Of a stretch of DNA of 64,000 nt, positions 38,705-51,500 are shown in pieces. How positions within the stretch are numbered: the stretch's first letter is position 1; every line of letters starts with the position of its first letter. Position numbers and translations under genes: made by a program. The notes below the pieces were generated by a model, which ran no database searches, was not told the origin of the DNA, and saw only the letters and a list, made by a program, of their open reading frames with translations. Source of the stretch: Octopus bimaculoides (Eukaryota); the NCBI RefSeq assembly GCF_001194135.2, contig NC_068981.1, forward strand, positions 187,172,170-187,236,169. Direction: 5' to 3'.

Positions 38705-38877
38705 GGGGGAGTCGATTGCATCGATCCCAGTGTTTAACTGGTACTTAATTTATCAACCCTCGAAAGGATGAAAAGCAAAGTCAACCTCAGCGGAATTTGA
38801 ACTCAGAATGTAGAGGCAGACGAAATACTGCTAAGCATTTTGCCTGGCGTGCAAACGAATTCTACCAGCTTGCCTCC

Positions 38878-38880
<3 letters not shown>
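38705..38880 (-). mobile_element. SINE family B, next to a 26-N gap (38679-38704)
   Basis: Reverse complement of the family B head and core. Confidence 0.75.
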
Positions 38881-38910
<30 letters not shown>

Positions 38911-39130
38911 CTGAAACAAAAATGAAGTACATCAAGCCAACCAGATTCTCGAGTTCACTTCTTCAACTAAAAAGTAGATTTTAGTAATTTTTAGTAAATC
39001 TTTATAAGCAAGGTGAACAATGAGAATCAAACTGAAGACTTGCTAGGCAGCCTCTGCAAAGCAGGATGTGATGCACTGCAGGGCTCTTTCTGTGTGTGCA
39101 ACAAGTGCAGCATCAGCTAGTTCTGGAATA

Positions 39131-39510
39131 CTCTTTTACTTGATTCAGTCATTTGACCGTGGCCATGCTGAAGCACCGCTTTTAGTCGAGAAAATCGACC
39201 CCAGGACTTATTCTTTGTAAGCCTAGTACTTATTCTATCGGTCTCTTTTGCTGAACCGCTAAGTTACGGGCACGTAAACACACCAGCATCAGTTGTCAAG
39301 CGATGTTGGGGGGGACAAACACAGACACACATATACACATATATACGACAAGCTTCTTTCAGTTTCCGTCTACCAAATCCACTCACAAGGCTCTGGTTGG
39401 CTTGAGACTATAGTAGAAGACACTTGCCTAAGGTGCCACACAGTGGGACTGAACCCAGAACCATGTGGTTGGTAAGCAAGCTACTTACCACACAGCCACT
39501 CCAGCACCTA
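39131..39510 (-). mobile_element. SINE family A, full length
   Basis: Matches the other family A copies. Confidence 0.85.
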
Positions 39511-40010
39511 TTGCTAAGTTATTCAATATGAAATTCAGCAAAGTGTTGTTCTAGATGATTGAGAGGAAACATTACTTAGCAAACCAAAGGCCTGTGCCAA
39601 TATCTAATGTCTGTTTTGGAATGGTTTCTACAGCTGGATGCCCTTCCTAATGCTAACTTTACAGAGCGTATTGGGTGCTTCCTATGTGGCACCAGCAGCG
39701 GTGACGACATCTCAAGTAACTTGCAGGACAAGACCCTTCAACTGGGGGTGGTATTATGAAGGGATAGAAAAGGGGTCTTGCATTAGAGGAGAAATATGGT
39801 TACCTCAGGTAAGGAGAAAGTGAGAGGGAAGAGAGAAAGATGGTGAAGATATGACAGGCAGGGGTCATACACCCAAATTATAGGGAGGTGCGTTGAGTGA
39901 AATGGACTGAGGCTTGGTGAGTGGGTGAGCAAGTTCACAAGATTTCTAAAGGATAGTGGGAGCTAGAGTAAGGGATGTCATGGAGAAAAAAAAATGGAAA
40001 TTCTTCATAC

Positions 40011-40174
40011 CTTAGCTCTAGTAATAACATCCATTCCTTCCAAAGTATACCTGAATTGAACAGGCATTTGGGACCACAAACGATGTTGAATCCAGCCTTG
40101 GACACCACGTATGTTTAACCCTCCTCCAATTACAAGAATACAGCTATACATTTTCTTTTTAATTTCATCATTAC
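40011..40174 (-). CDS. ACTR8: ACTR8 exon (SNDEIKKKMYSCILVIGGG...DVITRAK)
   Basis: 164 nt, phase 1-0, AG/GTATGA. Confidence 0.96.
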
Positions 40175-40398
40175 CTGAAATGAAATGAAATAATTTCAAA
40201 ATAAATATTCATGAACATAGCAAAGCTGAGTTTACTGGAAACTGAAAATTTGTGTACAAAAGATATTTCTGAGTCAGATGGCATCATGGGTAATTTGAGT
40301 ATAACAGCAACTTTTTCCATGACCAACCAGTCCAAATAGAAGCCTGAATAATGTGATATTAAATTCTTTTTTTATATATCTTTTTTTTTATACACCTT

Positions 40399-40855
40399 TG
40401 GCACCCGTGCCAGTGGAGCGCTAACAGCACCATCCAAACGGGATCACTGCCAGAGCAGTGGTCTGGCTTCCATGCCGGTAACACATAAAAAGCACCATTT
40501 GAGCATGATCGTTACCAGCGTCGCCTTACTGGCACTTGTGCCAGTGGCATGTGAACAAAACATTCGAGCAGGGTCGTTACCAGCGCTGCTGGACTGATTC
40601 CTGTGCAGGTGGCACATAAAAACACCATTTGAGCTTGCCCATTGTCAGTACCGCCAGACTGGCCCTCATGCTGGTGGCACGTAAAAGCGCCCACTACACT
40701 CTTGGAGTGGTTGACGTTAGGAAAGGCATCCAGTTGTAGAAACTCTGCCAGATCAGATTGGAGCCTGGTGCAGCCATCTGGTTCGCCAGTCCTCAGTCAA
40801 AATCGTCCAACCCATGCTTGCACAGAAAGCGGACGTTAAACAATGATGATGATGA
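40399..40855 (+). mobile_element. 3' end of RTE-clade LINE with ~5 subrepeats
   Basis: Same 3'UTR family with (gat)n tail. Confidence 0.8.
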
Positions 40856-41419
40856 CTTTTTATATAATATTTTTATATACCTTTTATATATCTTTATATA
40901 ATATTTCTATATACCTTTATATAGTCGAAGCTGAACAAGATCCCATAGTACCATGATGGTAGTTCCTACTTCTGAATGTATAAAGAATTTTAAGAAAAAT
41001 TAACCCTTCTGATTCCAACTCCTCTGAAAGAGCTTTTACAAATGCTGCAGAGCTGACATTGCCTTTGATCCTTTGAGGACTGATAAAATAAGTAACAGTT
41101 GAACTCAGGGCTTCAAGTAACTGACTATCCCATATCCCCAAAATTTCAGGCCTTGTGCCTACAGCAGAAAGGATTACTATTATTATTATTGCAATTTTAA
41201 TGTAATTTACTTGTGATATTAGTTACGTAAACCTTTATGAGTTCAAATCTTGCTGTGGCCAACTTTATCTTCATACTTTTAGAGTTTTATAATTTCTCAA
41301 GTCAAATACAGGAGTTGATCTATACTTTAATAATGTACCCTAAACCATTATAGTATTTGTAGATTATTATTATTATTTTTTTTAATTAGTTTGAAATTGT
41401 TGTGCATAGGCTCAGGTGC

Positions 41420-42045
41420 ACTACAACACATCAAAGGTGCAATGTACAGTACATAGAATTATGTACAAAAGTCAGGAAAGTGAACAATGTATGAGTCATG
41501 ATATACATGTGTGCATATGTATGGAGGGGGTGGATATCAGGTGTAGTGTTGGTGAATTTCAGGAAGCATGGAGATTTTAAAGGATGCAATGTCTCTGCAT
41601 CTAACAACTGATGCAGATAGTTTGTTCCATGCTTCAGCAACTCAGAGTGTGAAAAAATGTTTCCAAAAGTCATGTGCTGTTTTCTGGCTTTGGAGGCATG
41701 CCTATGAGTGTTAGACACATGGAGCTCAAAAAGGTGCTCAAGGTGGTTGTTGGTGTGATGGCTAACAGTTTTGCGGGTGTTTACCAAGTCAGTTACCAGA
41801 CATCGGAGCTTCAGTGTATCTCTGCCCAGGGAAGCAAGGTGTTCAGAGTATGGTAGATGCCTGATGGCGGGTATTCGCTTGGTTGCACATCTCTGAACAG
41901 TTCCCAGGAAGTCAATGTCCTGAGCAAGATAAGGGTTCCAGCCTGGTGATGCAAATTCCAAGTGTGGCCGCACCATAGCCATATACAGCCTTAAATAGAC
42001 AGCTGGAGAGCAGCTGACAACGGTCTTGCTGAGTGATGCAACCAC
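41420..42045 (-). mobile_element. CR1/L2-type LINE 3' fragment (post-RT C-terminus and 3'UTR)
   Basis: LYMAMVRPHLEFASPGWNPY...VQRCATKRIPAIRHLPYSEHLASL matches the CR1-group motif LYxxxVRPHLEYxxxxWxP...VQRRATK. Confidence 0.85.
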
Positions 42046-42169
42046 ACCATCTCAAAAGAATATTCTTAACCAACAAGCCAAACCTGCAACTATAAAATCT
42101 ATAAAACAGAATTAAACCGATGGAAATTGGATGACATTTTACTGACTTGTGGAACAAAGAGTAACTCAC

Positions 42170-42443
42170 TAAGTTTATTAATGCTGTGTAAAATAGCTTG
42201 GTCAATGCCCATAAGTTGTAATAAAGGTCCAGTGTCTTGAGGTTCCTCCTCTTCCAAATCTAGTTTCCTCTCTCCTTTATAAGTGTCATTTCCAGAGAAA
42301 TTGTCCGGACCATCATACGAGTCTTCATCGACCAGCTGTGGATGGCTCAGATTAGTGTCTTCGTACTGACTAAACGAGGTGTCCAGCTGGTTTAAACTTG
42401 CTTCAACATTCTCCTTCTTCCGAGCTGCATTCAAACGAGCAGC
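42170..42443 (-). CDS. ACTR8: ACTR8 exon (AARLNAARKK...LMGIDQAILHSINKL)
   Basis: 274 nt, phase 0-1, AG/GTGAGT; G-x-D-x-AILHSI motif. Confidence 0.94.
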
Positions 42444-43524
42444 CTGTAGAATAAACAAGGAGAAAATTTTCAGTTTTCAAATAAGGACTTAGAGAACAAA
42501 GAAAAGCAATCAATGGTTTGAAAATATATACACACATGTGAATGGGTGCGTATGTACAAGTGTGTGTATATATATCTGATTTGTGTGCATATAGATATAT
42601 ACACATCATCATTTAATGTTCATTTTCCATGCTGGTAATGGTTGGATGGCTTGACAGGAGCTGGAAAGCCAGAGGACTGCACCAAGCTCCACCCTGTTTT
42701 GGCATGGTTTTTACAGCTGGATGCCCTTCCTAATGCAAACCACTTTACAGAGTGGACTGGTCCTTTTCACATGGTACCAGTACCAGTGAGGTCTGTTTTG
42801 GCATAGTTTTTATGGCTGGACGTATAAGTACATGAAGTCTAATTTTGCTCAATCATATCAAGTGGTCACTGAAAAAAATGTTAGCCAAAGGCTAAAACTA
42901 TGCACCCTTCCCCTCCATTGGTCAGTTGAAGATTTAGCAGTGTCATGTGACAGTTAGCTGGTGCTGGCTGCTGGAGCCTACTGGTGAGTATTTAAAGGGA
43001 AATGTGACAGGATGGTCATTCGCCCGCCGACATTTGTTGAAGTTGCATCACAGAAACCAAAGAACAAAAGAAAAAAGGAGAAAAAAGAAATGTATTCAAC
43101 ACCAGAGCTGAAGACACCTTCAAAAGGGGAAGGTGCCACGTTGAAAACAGTAGAGGAGTAGGGGCCAGTATCGGACGTGGTTCCTCCTGATGATATCTTT
43201 AGCCACTGGATCCTATAAAGGAGCCGATGAGGTAGCAAACCACGAAACGTGGTTGGAATTCCGACTTAAAAATAAAGTAAAAGTTTAACCCTTTTGATAC
43301 TAATCAACCTAGTTCTATGATACAAATTCCCTGCCAAGAGAATTCTAAATAAATCTTGACAATCTTGCTTAAAGAACAGATGAGGGTTCTAAAAAAAAAA
43401 TTTTTTTTTAAAGTTATCATTTTAATTAATAGAAAATGTGTTGTGTATTTGTCCTTGTACCCAACATGAGTTGAGAAATGAAAAATTGAAAGAGAGGGAG
43501 AAATAAAAACATCAACAAATTTGT

Positions 43525-44047
43525 ACATTATTTACAATTGATGGATATTTGTCCTCATCTTGTTTGTTGTTAACACAATGTTTCGGCTGATATACCCTCC
43601 AGCCTTCATCAGGTGTCTTGAGAAAATTTCGAACCTGGGTTCTCGTTTCTAATGTAGTTTTCAATGTTAATATTATTATTATTATTGTTGTTGTTATTCA
43701 GGTCACTGCCTGGAATCAAACTCAGAATTTTGGGGTTAGTAGCCTGCGCTCTTAACCACTACGCCATATGCTCGTGGGCATAGTGGTTAAGAGCGCGGGC
43801 TACTAACCCCAAGATTCTGAGTTCGATTCCAGGTAGTGACCTGAATAATAATAATAACAACATTGAAAACTACCTTAGGAATGAGAACCCAGGTTCGAAA
43901 TTTCCCCAAGACACCTGATGAAGGCTGGAGGGTATATCAGCCGAAACATTGTGTTAACAACAAACAAGATGAGGACAAATATCCGTCAATTTTAAATAAT
44001 GTAAATAATGTACATAATTCCTCATCTCTTAAATATAGAACTGTATT
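43525..44047. mobile_element. Head-to-head palindromic dimer of the family H element with a 14-bp TSD
   Basis: Arms ~43525-43772 and ~43774-44013 are reverse complements; atcaacaaatttgt at 43511-43524 and 44048-44061; hammerhead motifs at 43572-43617 (-) and 43910-43955 (+). Confidence 0.85.
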
Positions 44048-44069
44048 ATCAACAAATTTGTTTCCTTAC

Positions 44070-44309
44070 TTGTTGTTGCTGACTCTGGGTCTGTAACAGG
44101 TAAAAATCATCATGAGGGTCATCTGAATCTCCTTCATACCTTTGCTGTGTGTGACAAAGTTGGGAACCTTGCAGTGCCAACATATCGTTAAAAAACAAAC
44201 TCAATGGTGCCAGAACACACTCATCTCCAAGTTTCACAGAATTATATTTGATGATCAAACTTTGTGGTTTTTTAATGTGTATGTTGTATTCATATACACC
44301 ATCTTGTTG
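44070..44309 (-). CDS. ACTR8: ACTR8 exon (QQDGVYEYNIHIKKP...LGDECVLAPLSLF...DPHDDFYLLQTQSQQQQ)
   Basis: 240 nt, AG/GTAAGG; LGDE..AP..LF and DPHD..YL motifs. Confidence 0.95.
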
Positions 44310-45117
44310 CTAAAATGGCAAAAGAAAAAAAAATTATAGACCAACATCATTTTAACATCTACTTTTCCATGCATGAGTTGGACAGAGTATACCGAGTCAG
44401 ATTTTCTATGACCAGCTTCCCTTCTTGTTGTCAAACTTTACCTGTTTCCAAGAAAGATAATATATTTCCCAATGGCCAGACATTTTCATAGAATATTGAG
44501 AATTAATGACACTGCTAATATAACAGTGATACTCATTTACAACTATCACACATTGATAATGAGGACATTGACTAATGAGGAATCAGCTATCAAATGTCCA
44601 TGTATTATGTTTTTGTCTAATTTTCAGTTTGTTATGTTTATGCCAAATTTTTTCTATTAAACCCATGAAATCATCATCATTAAACGTCTGCTTTCCACGC
44701 TGGCATATCATAAGTAGGACAGTTGATAGGAGCTGACCAGGTAGAAAAACTACCCTAGGCTACTGTATCTATTTTGGTAGGGGTTTTATGGCTGGATGCT
44801 CTTCTTAACACCAACCACTCTGCAGAGTAGACTCAGTGCTTTTTATGTAGCACCTGCACAGGCGAGGTTAGTTTTTGGCAAGGTTTTTACAGCTGGATGC
44901 CTTTCCAAACGCCAACCATGTTACAGTGTGGACTGGATGCTTTTAACATGGCACCAGCACTGGCAGGGTAACCAAGTAACTCAGGAGACAAGGAATTATG
45001 AGAGGGGCAGGGCCCATTTGAGGCGGGGAATTCATGTCATAGGATGAAAGGTTAGCGTGTGACAGGCAGAAGCAGGTGTCTTTCTACAACAGAGGGGTCA
45101 TTAGAGGAGGTAATATT

Positions 45118-45495
45118 GGCTGCATGGTAAGAAGCTTGCTTCCCAACCACATAGTTCCAGTTCAGTCCCACAGCATGGCACCTTGGGCAAGTGACTTCTA
45201 CTGTAGCTTCAAACTGACCAAAGCCTTGTGAGTGGATTTGGTAGACAGAAACTGAAAGAAGCCCGTCATATGTGTGTGTGTATCTGTGTGTGTGTGTCTC
45301 CGCATCACCACTTGACATCCGGTGTTGGTGTGTTTACATCCCCCGTAACCTAGCAGTTCAGCAAAAGAAACCAATAGAATACGCATCAGGCTTAAAAAAA
45401 TAAGAACTGGGGACAATTCATTTGATTAAAAATTCAAGGCGGTGCTCCAGCATGGCCACAGTCTAATGACTGAAACAGGTAAAAGATAAAAGATA
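45118..45495 (+). mobile_element. SINE family A
   Basis: Matches the other family A copies. Confidence 0.8.
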
Positions 45496-45882
45496 TATGC
45501 ATATATGTGTGTGTGTGTGTGTGTATTCTGTTGTGTCTGGGGAGAGTCATTCTCTTTTAGTGCCTTATAATTTAACACACTCACCAGTAAAATTTCCACT
45601 TATTTCTTTTTATTTTTCTAAAATTTCCATTGTGTCTTGAAACCTTTTCAATAGTTTTGACTCTTGCAAACCAAACCCCAAAACGAAATATATATATATA
45701 TAGGAAGTTTTGAAATAATTGTCTTCAATAAAGGACACCTTCATACATTACTAAATATAATCACTGCAGCTAGCAGCTATTATAGGTTTAAAGACAAATT
45801 GTATAAATTATACAAGAGGAAAGACATGTCAAAATGTCTTTCTTAGATCAACATAACTGAAAACTAAATAACAAAATGTTAC

Positions 45883-46036
45883 CTGATCCATGTGACAATA
45901 AGTTTCTTTGAATTCCTGTATGAGCCTTGTGTCAACAATATCAGTTATTTTCAGGTGTTGGGGGTTGAATCCAGATTTTGTAAGTAACCACTGGAAGCAC
46001 CTTGTAATATCACTGCCTCCATAGTCCATAACTATT
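45883..46036 (-). CDS. ACTR8: ACTR8 exon (RIVMDYGGSDITRCFQWLL...KETYCHMDQ)
   Basis: 154 nt, phase 2-0, AG/GTAACA; YGGSD motif. Confidence 0.96.
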
Positions 46037-47158
46037 CTAATTAGAGAAGAGAGATGAGGAAGAAAGGTAGTATTAATTGACTATATTGTGTTATACCAAA
46101 CAAATATACATGAAAGTATACACATACATACACACACACACACACAAGGAGTAAATATTCGAAAGTGAATATTTATATAAGTATTATTATTGTTACTATT
46201 ATCGGCAGTAAATATAAATAGTTGATAACGACGACAATAACATAGGTGGTTGCAGGCATTAAATAGCATTGTGTGTGCATAAGGGTCACTCTTATCATGT
46301 GTGCGTGTGTTTGTACGTGCATGCATGTGCTTGTGCATAAGGGTCGCTCTTATGTGTGCGTGTGCTTGTACGTGCATGTGTGCCTGTGCTTGTACGTGCA
46401 TGCCTGTGCTTATGTGAGTGTGCATGTGCTTGTGTGCGCTCTGTCTTGACATTGCATGACAACTAAATGAATGTCGACATCATAAAAGCAGTGTCCATCG
46501 TTTCCAGTCTTCCATGAAAACATCTCTGGCTGTGGGAAACAGGTGAGGGTTGTTAACAGGAAAGGCATCCAGCTGTGGAAAATCTGCCTCCCACAAATTC
46601 TGTCTGACCCATGACAGCATAGAAGAGTGGAAGTCACCTTTTCTTTTTATGATGATAGAATGAGATTTTCAGGATAGCAGACTTATAAATTAATAGATTT
46701 GTATTGAAGTGAAATAAAAGATTGAGTACTGAGAAAATTTTATTTGCCATTGAAACAAAAATAGTTCTTTTTGAAAAAATTGGTAGATTTTCCAATAGAA
46801 AGAGAAGGGAATAAAAGATATTTTGCTTGCCATGGAAACCAAAATAGTTCTTTTTGAATGAAAAGATTTCCAGATCTTCCAATAGAAAATACCCAACATT
46901 TTTAATTGATCATGGGTAGGTCATGTGGTATGTAGGACGTGATATGAACTAGGGTACCCTACGACCTTCTGATGGGACATAGGTATCTAACACTACCTAT
47001 GTGATCTTTGCCTCACATATGGTATAATGTAGAAATATTACACCACTCATGTCAAAATTAATTAAGATATCGTATTGGGCCACTGGGATAAAACATAAAA
47101 CAAGGCTCAAGAGTAAACATATTAAACAACCATGTTCTCTCAAGTAATACCTACTTAC

Positions 47159-47274
47159 CTGGTATTTCTATGGGATAATCCATCTTCCACACAACAAACA
47201 CTTGTCTTCTGATCTCCAACATCCAACACACAGGCACTACTTACACCAGCACCAAAAGTGGCACAAACAGATTC
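47159..47274 (-). CDS. ACTR8: ACTR8 exon (ESVCATFGAGVSSACVLDVGDQKTSVCCVEDGLSHRNT)
   Basis: 116 nt, phase 0-2, AG/GTAAGT; DVGDQKTSVCCVEDG motif. Confidence 0.97.
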
Positions 47275-48612
47275 CTGGAAATAAATTAAGACAAAATTTT
47301 TTTTTGGTATCTAATACTAATGAGAGCATAAAGAACTTGCAATGTGTGCTGGTGCCATGTAAAGATCACCTGTGCTGGTGCCGTGTAAAAAGAGTACCCA
47401 ATACACTCTGTAAAGGGGTTTGAGTGAGGAAGGGCATCTAGTTGTAGAACCCTTGCAAAAAGAGATAATTGGATCCTGGAGCAATTCTCCAGAGCCTGTC
47501 AGACCGTCCAACCCATGCCAGCATGGAAAATAGACTTTAAACGATGATGATGATAGTCTATAGGGGGCACTCTGAAAGGACTGCTTGACACCATTTACTC
47601 AAAGACAAAATTTTTTTCTCCGTGGGTCTTTTTACAGGTCAAATATGTCCAAAACATATTTGAGGACTACATCACATTTGTAAGTTTCCTTTTCTGTTTA
47701 GTCTATTGCTGGATGCCTTTCCTAGCACCAACCACTTTATAGAGAATGTATTGGAAGCATTTTAACATGGTACCAGCACTAGAGAAAACTATCATGTTCA
47801 TGACAAGATCAAAGTGTCGCCCTCAATCCCATATCTCCACTTGCTCAGCAACCAATTTACAGCAAGCACTGAGTGGGATTACAGTGGCACCAACAAAAAC
47901 GAGGTAGGGTCCCATTGTATCCCATAAGATTAGATAGTCCATGTCACTTTATAGCATTCATTCAATCAGGATTAGTGGAGGTGTGTGGCTTAGTGTTTAG
48001 GATGTTAGACTCATGATCATAAGATTGTGGGTTCGATTCCTGGATTGAGTGACATGTTGTATTCTTGAGTAAAACACTTCATGGCTGGTAAAAATGAGTA
48101 ATCCTGCAATGGATCAGTATCCCATCCAGGGAGGAATACATACAATAAATACACTGGAGAAACCAGAAAACTGGCCCCATGGTCCTTATGTAGTAATCTA
48201 GAGAGACCGATCATTCAGGATTACAGAAGTGAATAGAAAAGAAGATGAGTGAAGGAAGAAGAAACAGGATGAGCGGGGGGGGGGGACAAAGGGGTGAAGG
48301 TAGAAACAGAGTCAATGGGAAGAGAAGCTAACAGAAGTGAAACTGAAGGACAGTAAAAAGAGGACAAATGGGGAGAATGAAAGGGGGATGTCAGTACTAA
48401 TGAGCCCAAGAGAGGTGGGGTGTATATCAAAGCCAAAATGAAGATATTTCTTGGGATAAGGTCTGGAAAAGAATTTATTCGTGTCAAAGTTTGAAAAGCA
48501 ATAGAAATGAGGTTAGCAGATTGGATTACTGATAACATAGACATGATAGGAAATTTCACTTCTACAACCAGAATGTTGTGCTCTTGAGCAAGATACTTAA
48601 CTTTGTTGCTTA

Positions 48613-48977
48613 CTCTTTTACTTGTTTCAGTCATTTGACTGCGGCCATGCTGGAGCACCGCCTTTAGTCGAACAAGCCAACCCCAGGACTTATTCTATCG
48701 GTCTCTTTTGCCGAACCGCTAAGTTACGGGGACGTAAACACACCAGCATCGGTTGTCAAGCGATGTTTGGGGGACAAACACAGACACACAAACATATATA
48801 TATACATATATACGACGGGCTTCTTTCAGTTTCCGTCTACCAAATCCACTCACAAGGCTTTGGTCGGCCCGAGGCTATAGTAGCAGACACTAGCCCAAGG
48901 TGCCATGCAGTGGGACTGAACCCGGAACCATGTGGTTGGTAAGCAAGCTACTTACCACACACCCACTCCTATGCCTA
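48613..48977 (-). mobile_element. SINE family A, full length
   Basis: CpG-retaining copy. Confidence 0.85.
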
Positions 48978-49190
48978 CACTTATTTACAATTCTATATTT
49001 CTGAGATGAGGAATTTATATTATGTTACATCAGTCAGAGTAGTGTTCTCACCTCGATTTTTGCTTTCACTACGTTTCGGCTGTTGTATGTTCCAGCCTTC
49101 TTTCAACTGTCTTCTGATTCACCTTAATGCCTTTGCCTGAGATTGAACTCAGAACCTCTAGATGACTGCACTGCATTAACCAACACTTTT
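48978..49190 (-). mobile_element. Diverged monomer related to family H
   Basis: tRNA-like head ~49185-49135, ggctg..cagccGAAACGTA motif 49111-49067, tail ttcctcatctc(a/t)..aaatatagaa shared with 44018-44040. Confidence 0.55.
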
Positions 49191-50294
49191 ATCCACTTCA
49201 CTATGCTTGTAGGCTGTAACTGAGTGAATTTTTAAGACATCCATGGATGTCTTATGTTGGCTCCATACCAACAAAATATACAATTCTTTGTGTATTATAT
49301 AACAGGTTGTATTCTTATTTCACAATTGTTTACTCCCAGACAAGTCCTGATCAAGCTGAATATGATCAAGTGCACTCCAGCCATAACCATCCCTTCTTTC
49401 AGACATATTTTCGACTACATCATCTATGTACTTATCTTCATAGGCACTAAGGTGATATGAAGGAGATCAGACTGTTATTTCAAGCATGTTGAGCAACCTA
49501 CATAACAGTTGGTATGGCAGCCCAGTAGTAAAAATTGAAGGATCAAGACACAAACCATCCAATCCATGGTGCCATTGAAAAAACAAATTATGATAAATTT
49601 ATTTGAAGACAATAGCCACACACACAGGTATGTGGTTATGGAGTTTCATTCACAACAATGTGGTTTCAGGTTCAATCCAACTGCATGGCAAGTATCTTCC
49701 ACTGGTGCCTTGAGCCAACCAATGCTTTTGAGTGGAAAAAAGTAGATGGAAACTAGGAAGCTTGTCATGTGTATCATCATCGTTTAACGTCCACTTTCCA
49801 TGCTAGCATGGGTTGGACGGTTTGACTGAGGACTGGTGAGCCAGAAGCTGCACCAGGCTCAATCTGATTTGGCAGAGTTTCTACAGCTGGATGCCCTTCC
49901 TAACGCCAACCACTCCGAGAGTGTAGTGGGTGTTTTTGTTTGTACGTGTGCACATATGAGTGTCATTTCATATTCTAATTAACACTGTCCGAGAAAAAAA
50001 AAAAAGACATTTTGCAATTTCTCTTAAAAGTAAAAGGAGGAGGAAAAGCCAAATTGATCTCAGTGAGATCTGAATTTAGAACGCAAGGCATTGGAATAAA
50101 TATTACATAGAACATATCACAGATACTTTTCATCATCATTTAACGTCTGTCTTTCATGCTGGTATGGGTTGAATAGTTTGAAAGGATCCAACAAGCCAGA
50201 TGACTATGTCAGGTTCCTATGTCTGATCTGGCATGGCTTCTATGGATAGTTGCCCTTCCTAACATCAACCACTTAACAGAGTATATTAGGGGTA

Positions 50295-50565
50295 CGAAGG
50301 CGACGAGCTGGGAGAATCGTTAGCACCCTGGGTGAATTACTTAGCAGTATTTCGTCTGCTGTTACATTCTGAGTTCAAATTCCACCGAGGTCGACTTTGC
50401 CTTTCATCCTCTCGGGGTCGATAAATTAAGTACCAGTTACACACTGGGGTCGATAAATTAAGTACCAGTTACACACTGGGGTCGATGTAATCGACTTAAT
50501 CCCTTTGTCTGTCCTTGTTTGTCCCCTCTATGTTTAGCCCCTTGTGGACAATAAAGAAATAAGAA
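50295..50565 (+). mobile_element. SINE family B, full length, 13-bp TSD
   Basis: tatattaggggta at 50282-50294 and 50566-50578; internal 32-bp tandem duplication. Confidence 0.88.
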
Positions 50566-50811
50566 TATATTAGGGGTATTTTTCATGACACCAGCACAAG
50601 GGAGAAAAAAAAAGAGACTGAGTGGGATTGTAGTAGAGAGTGATTTGGCTTTATGCCAGGTATTGAGAGAATAAGGTATGATAACAGGACAAGTACAGGT
50701 GTCTTGTTATAGAGGCAACACATGGTTGCCCAGCAAGTGTGGATGGGAGTAGCCAGGAAAATGATGATGGTAGTGACAAGGTGTCAGAGTGTAATCGCAG
50801 ATTATACTTAC

Positions 50812-50922
50812 TTGGTGAATAATAGCTGCAGAGAAACCGAGGTTGTTTAGAAGTATATTCATCAAGGCCTTCACGTGTTTATGAATATACACGTCTGGAA
50901 TCAGTAATACAACTCTATAATC
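50812..50922 (-). CDS. ACTR8: ACTR8 exon (DYRVVLLIPDVYIHKHVKALMNILLNNLGFSAAIIHQ)
   Basis: 111 nt, phase 0-0, AG/GTAAGT. Confidence 0.96.
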
Positions 50923-51500
50923 CTGGGGGGAAAAAAGAATAAAGAAATTAATTCAGTCAAAGCTGAAACTAATTAATTTATAACTACAGGCATGGCTGCA
51001 TGGTTAAGAAGTTTGTTTGTCAACCACATGGCTTTGGGTTCAGTCTCACTAAGTGGCACTTTGCGTAAGTGACTTCTACTATCGATTTGGACTGACAAAA
51101 GCTTTGTGAATCATCATCATCATTTAACGTCCGCTTTCCATGCTAGCATGGGTTGGACGATTTGACTGAGGACTGGCGAACCAGATAGCTGCACCAGGCT
51201 CCAATCTGATCTGGCAGATACTTTGGGTTGGCCCAGGGCTATAATAGAAGACAATTGTCCATAGTGACATGCAGCAAAAGCACACAAATGGTAAGCAAGC
51301 TTCTAAACAGTCATGCTCTACGTATAAAATCCTGCTTTAACTAGTTCCTCCATCTAACCCATTCTATCATGGAGAATTAGACCTTAAACAATTAAACAAA
51401 CAAATGAAATGATATAAAATATATCAAAGATTAACAGTCATGAAAAGTAGATTAAACAAACATTTAGCTTCTGGCATATTACCCAACAACAGACCAGTCT

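Noticed and set aside
43221-43256. Hammerhead-like CCGATGA...GAAACGT in a Penelope-like terminal region
   Set aside because: U4 is mutated, H17 is G, stem I does not pair and stem II is misregistered; at best a dead relic.
43775-43845. tRNA gene-like sequences (also 3545-3620, 17060-17130 and 47976-48050)
   Set aside because: The acceptor and anticodon stems are broken and each is fused to a repeat body; these are SINE heads, not tRNA genes.
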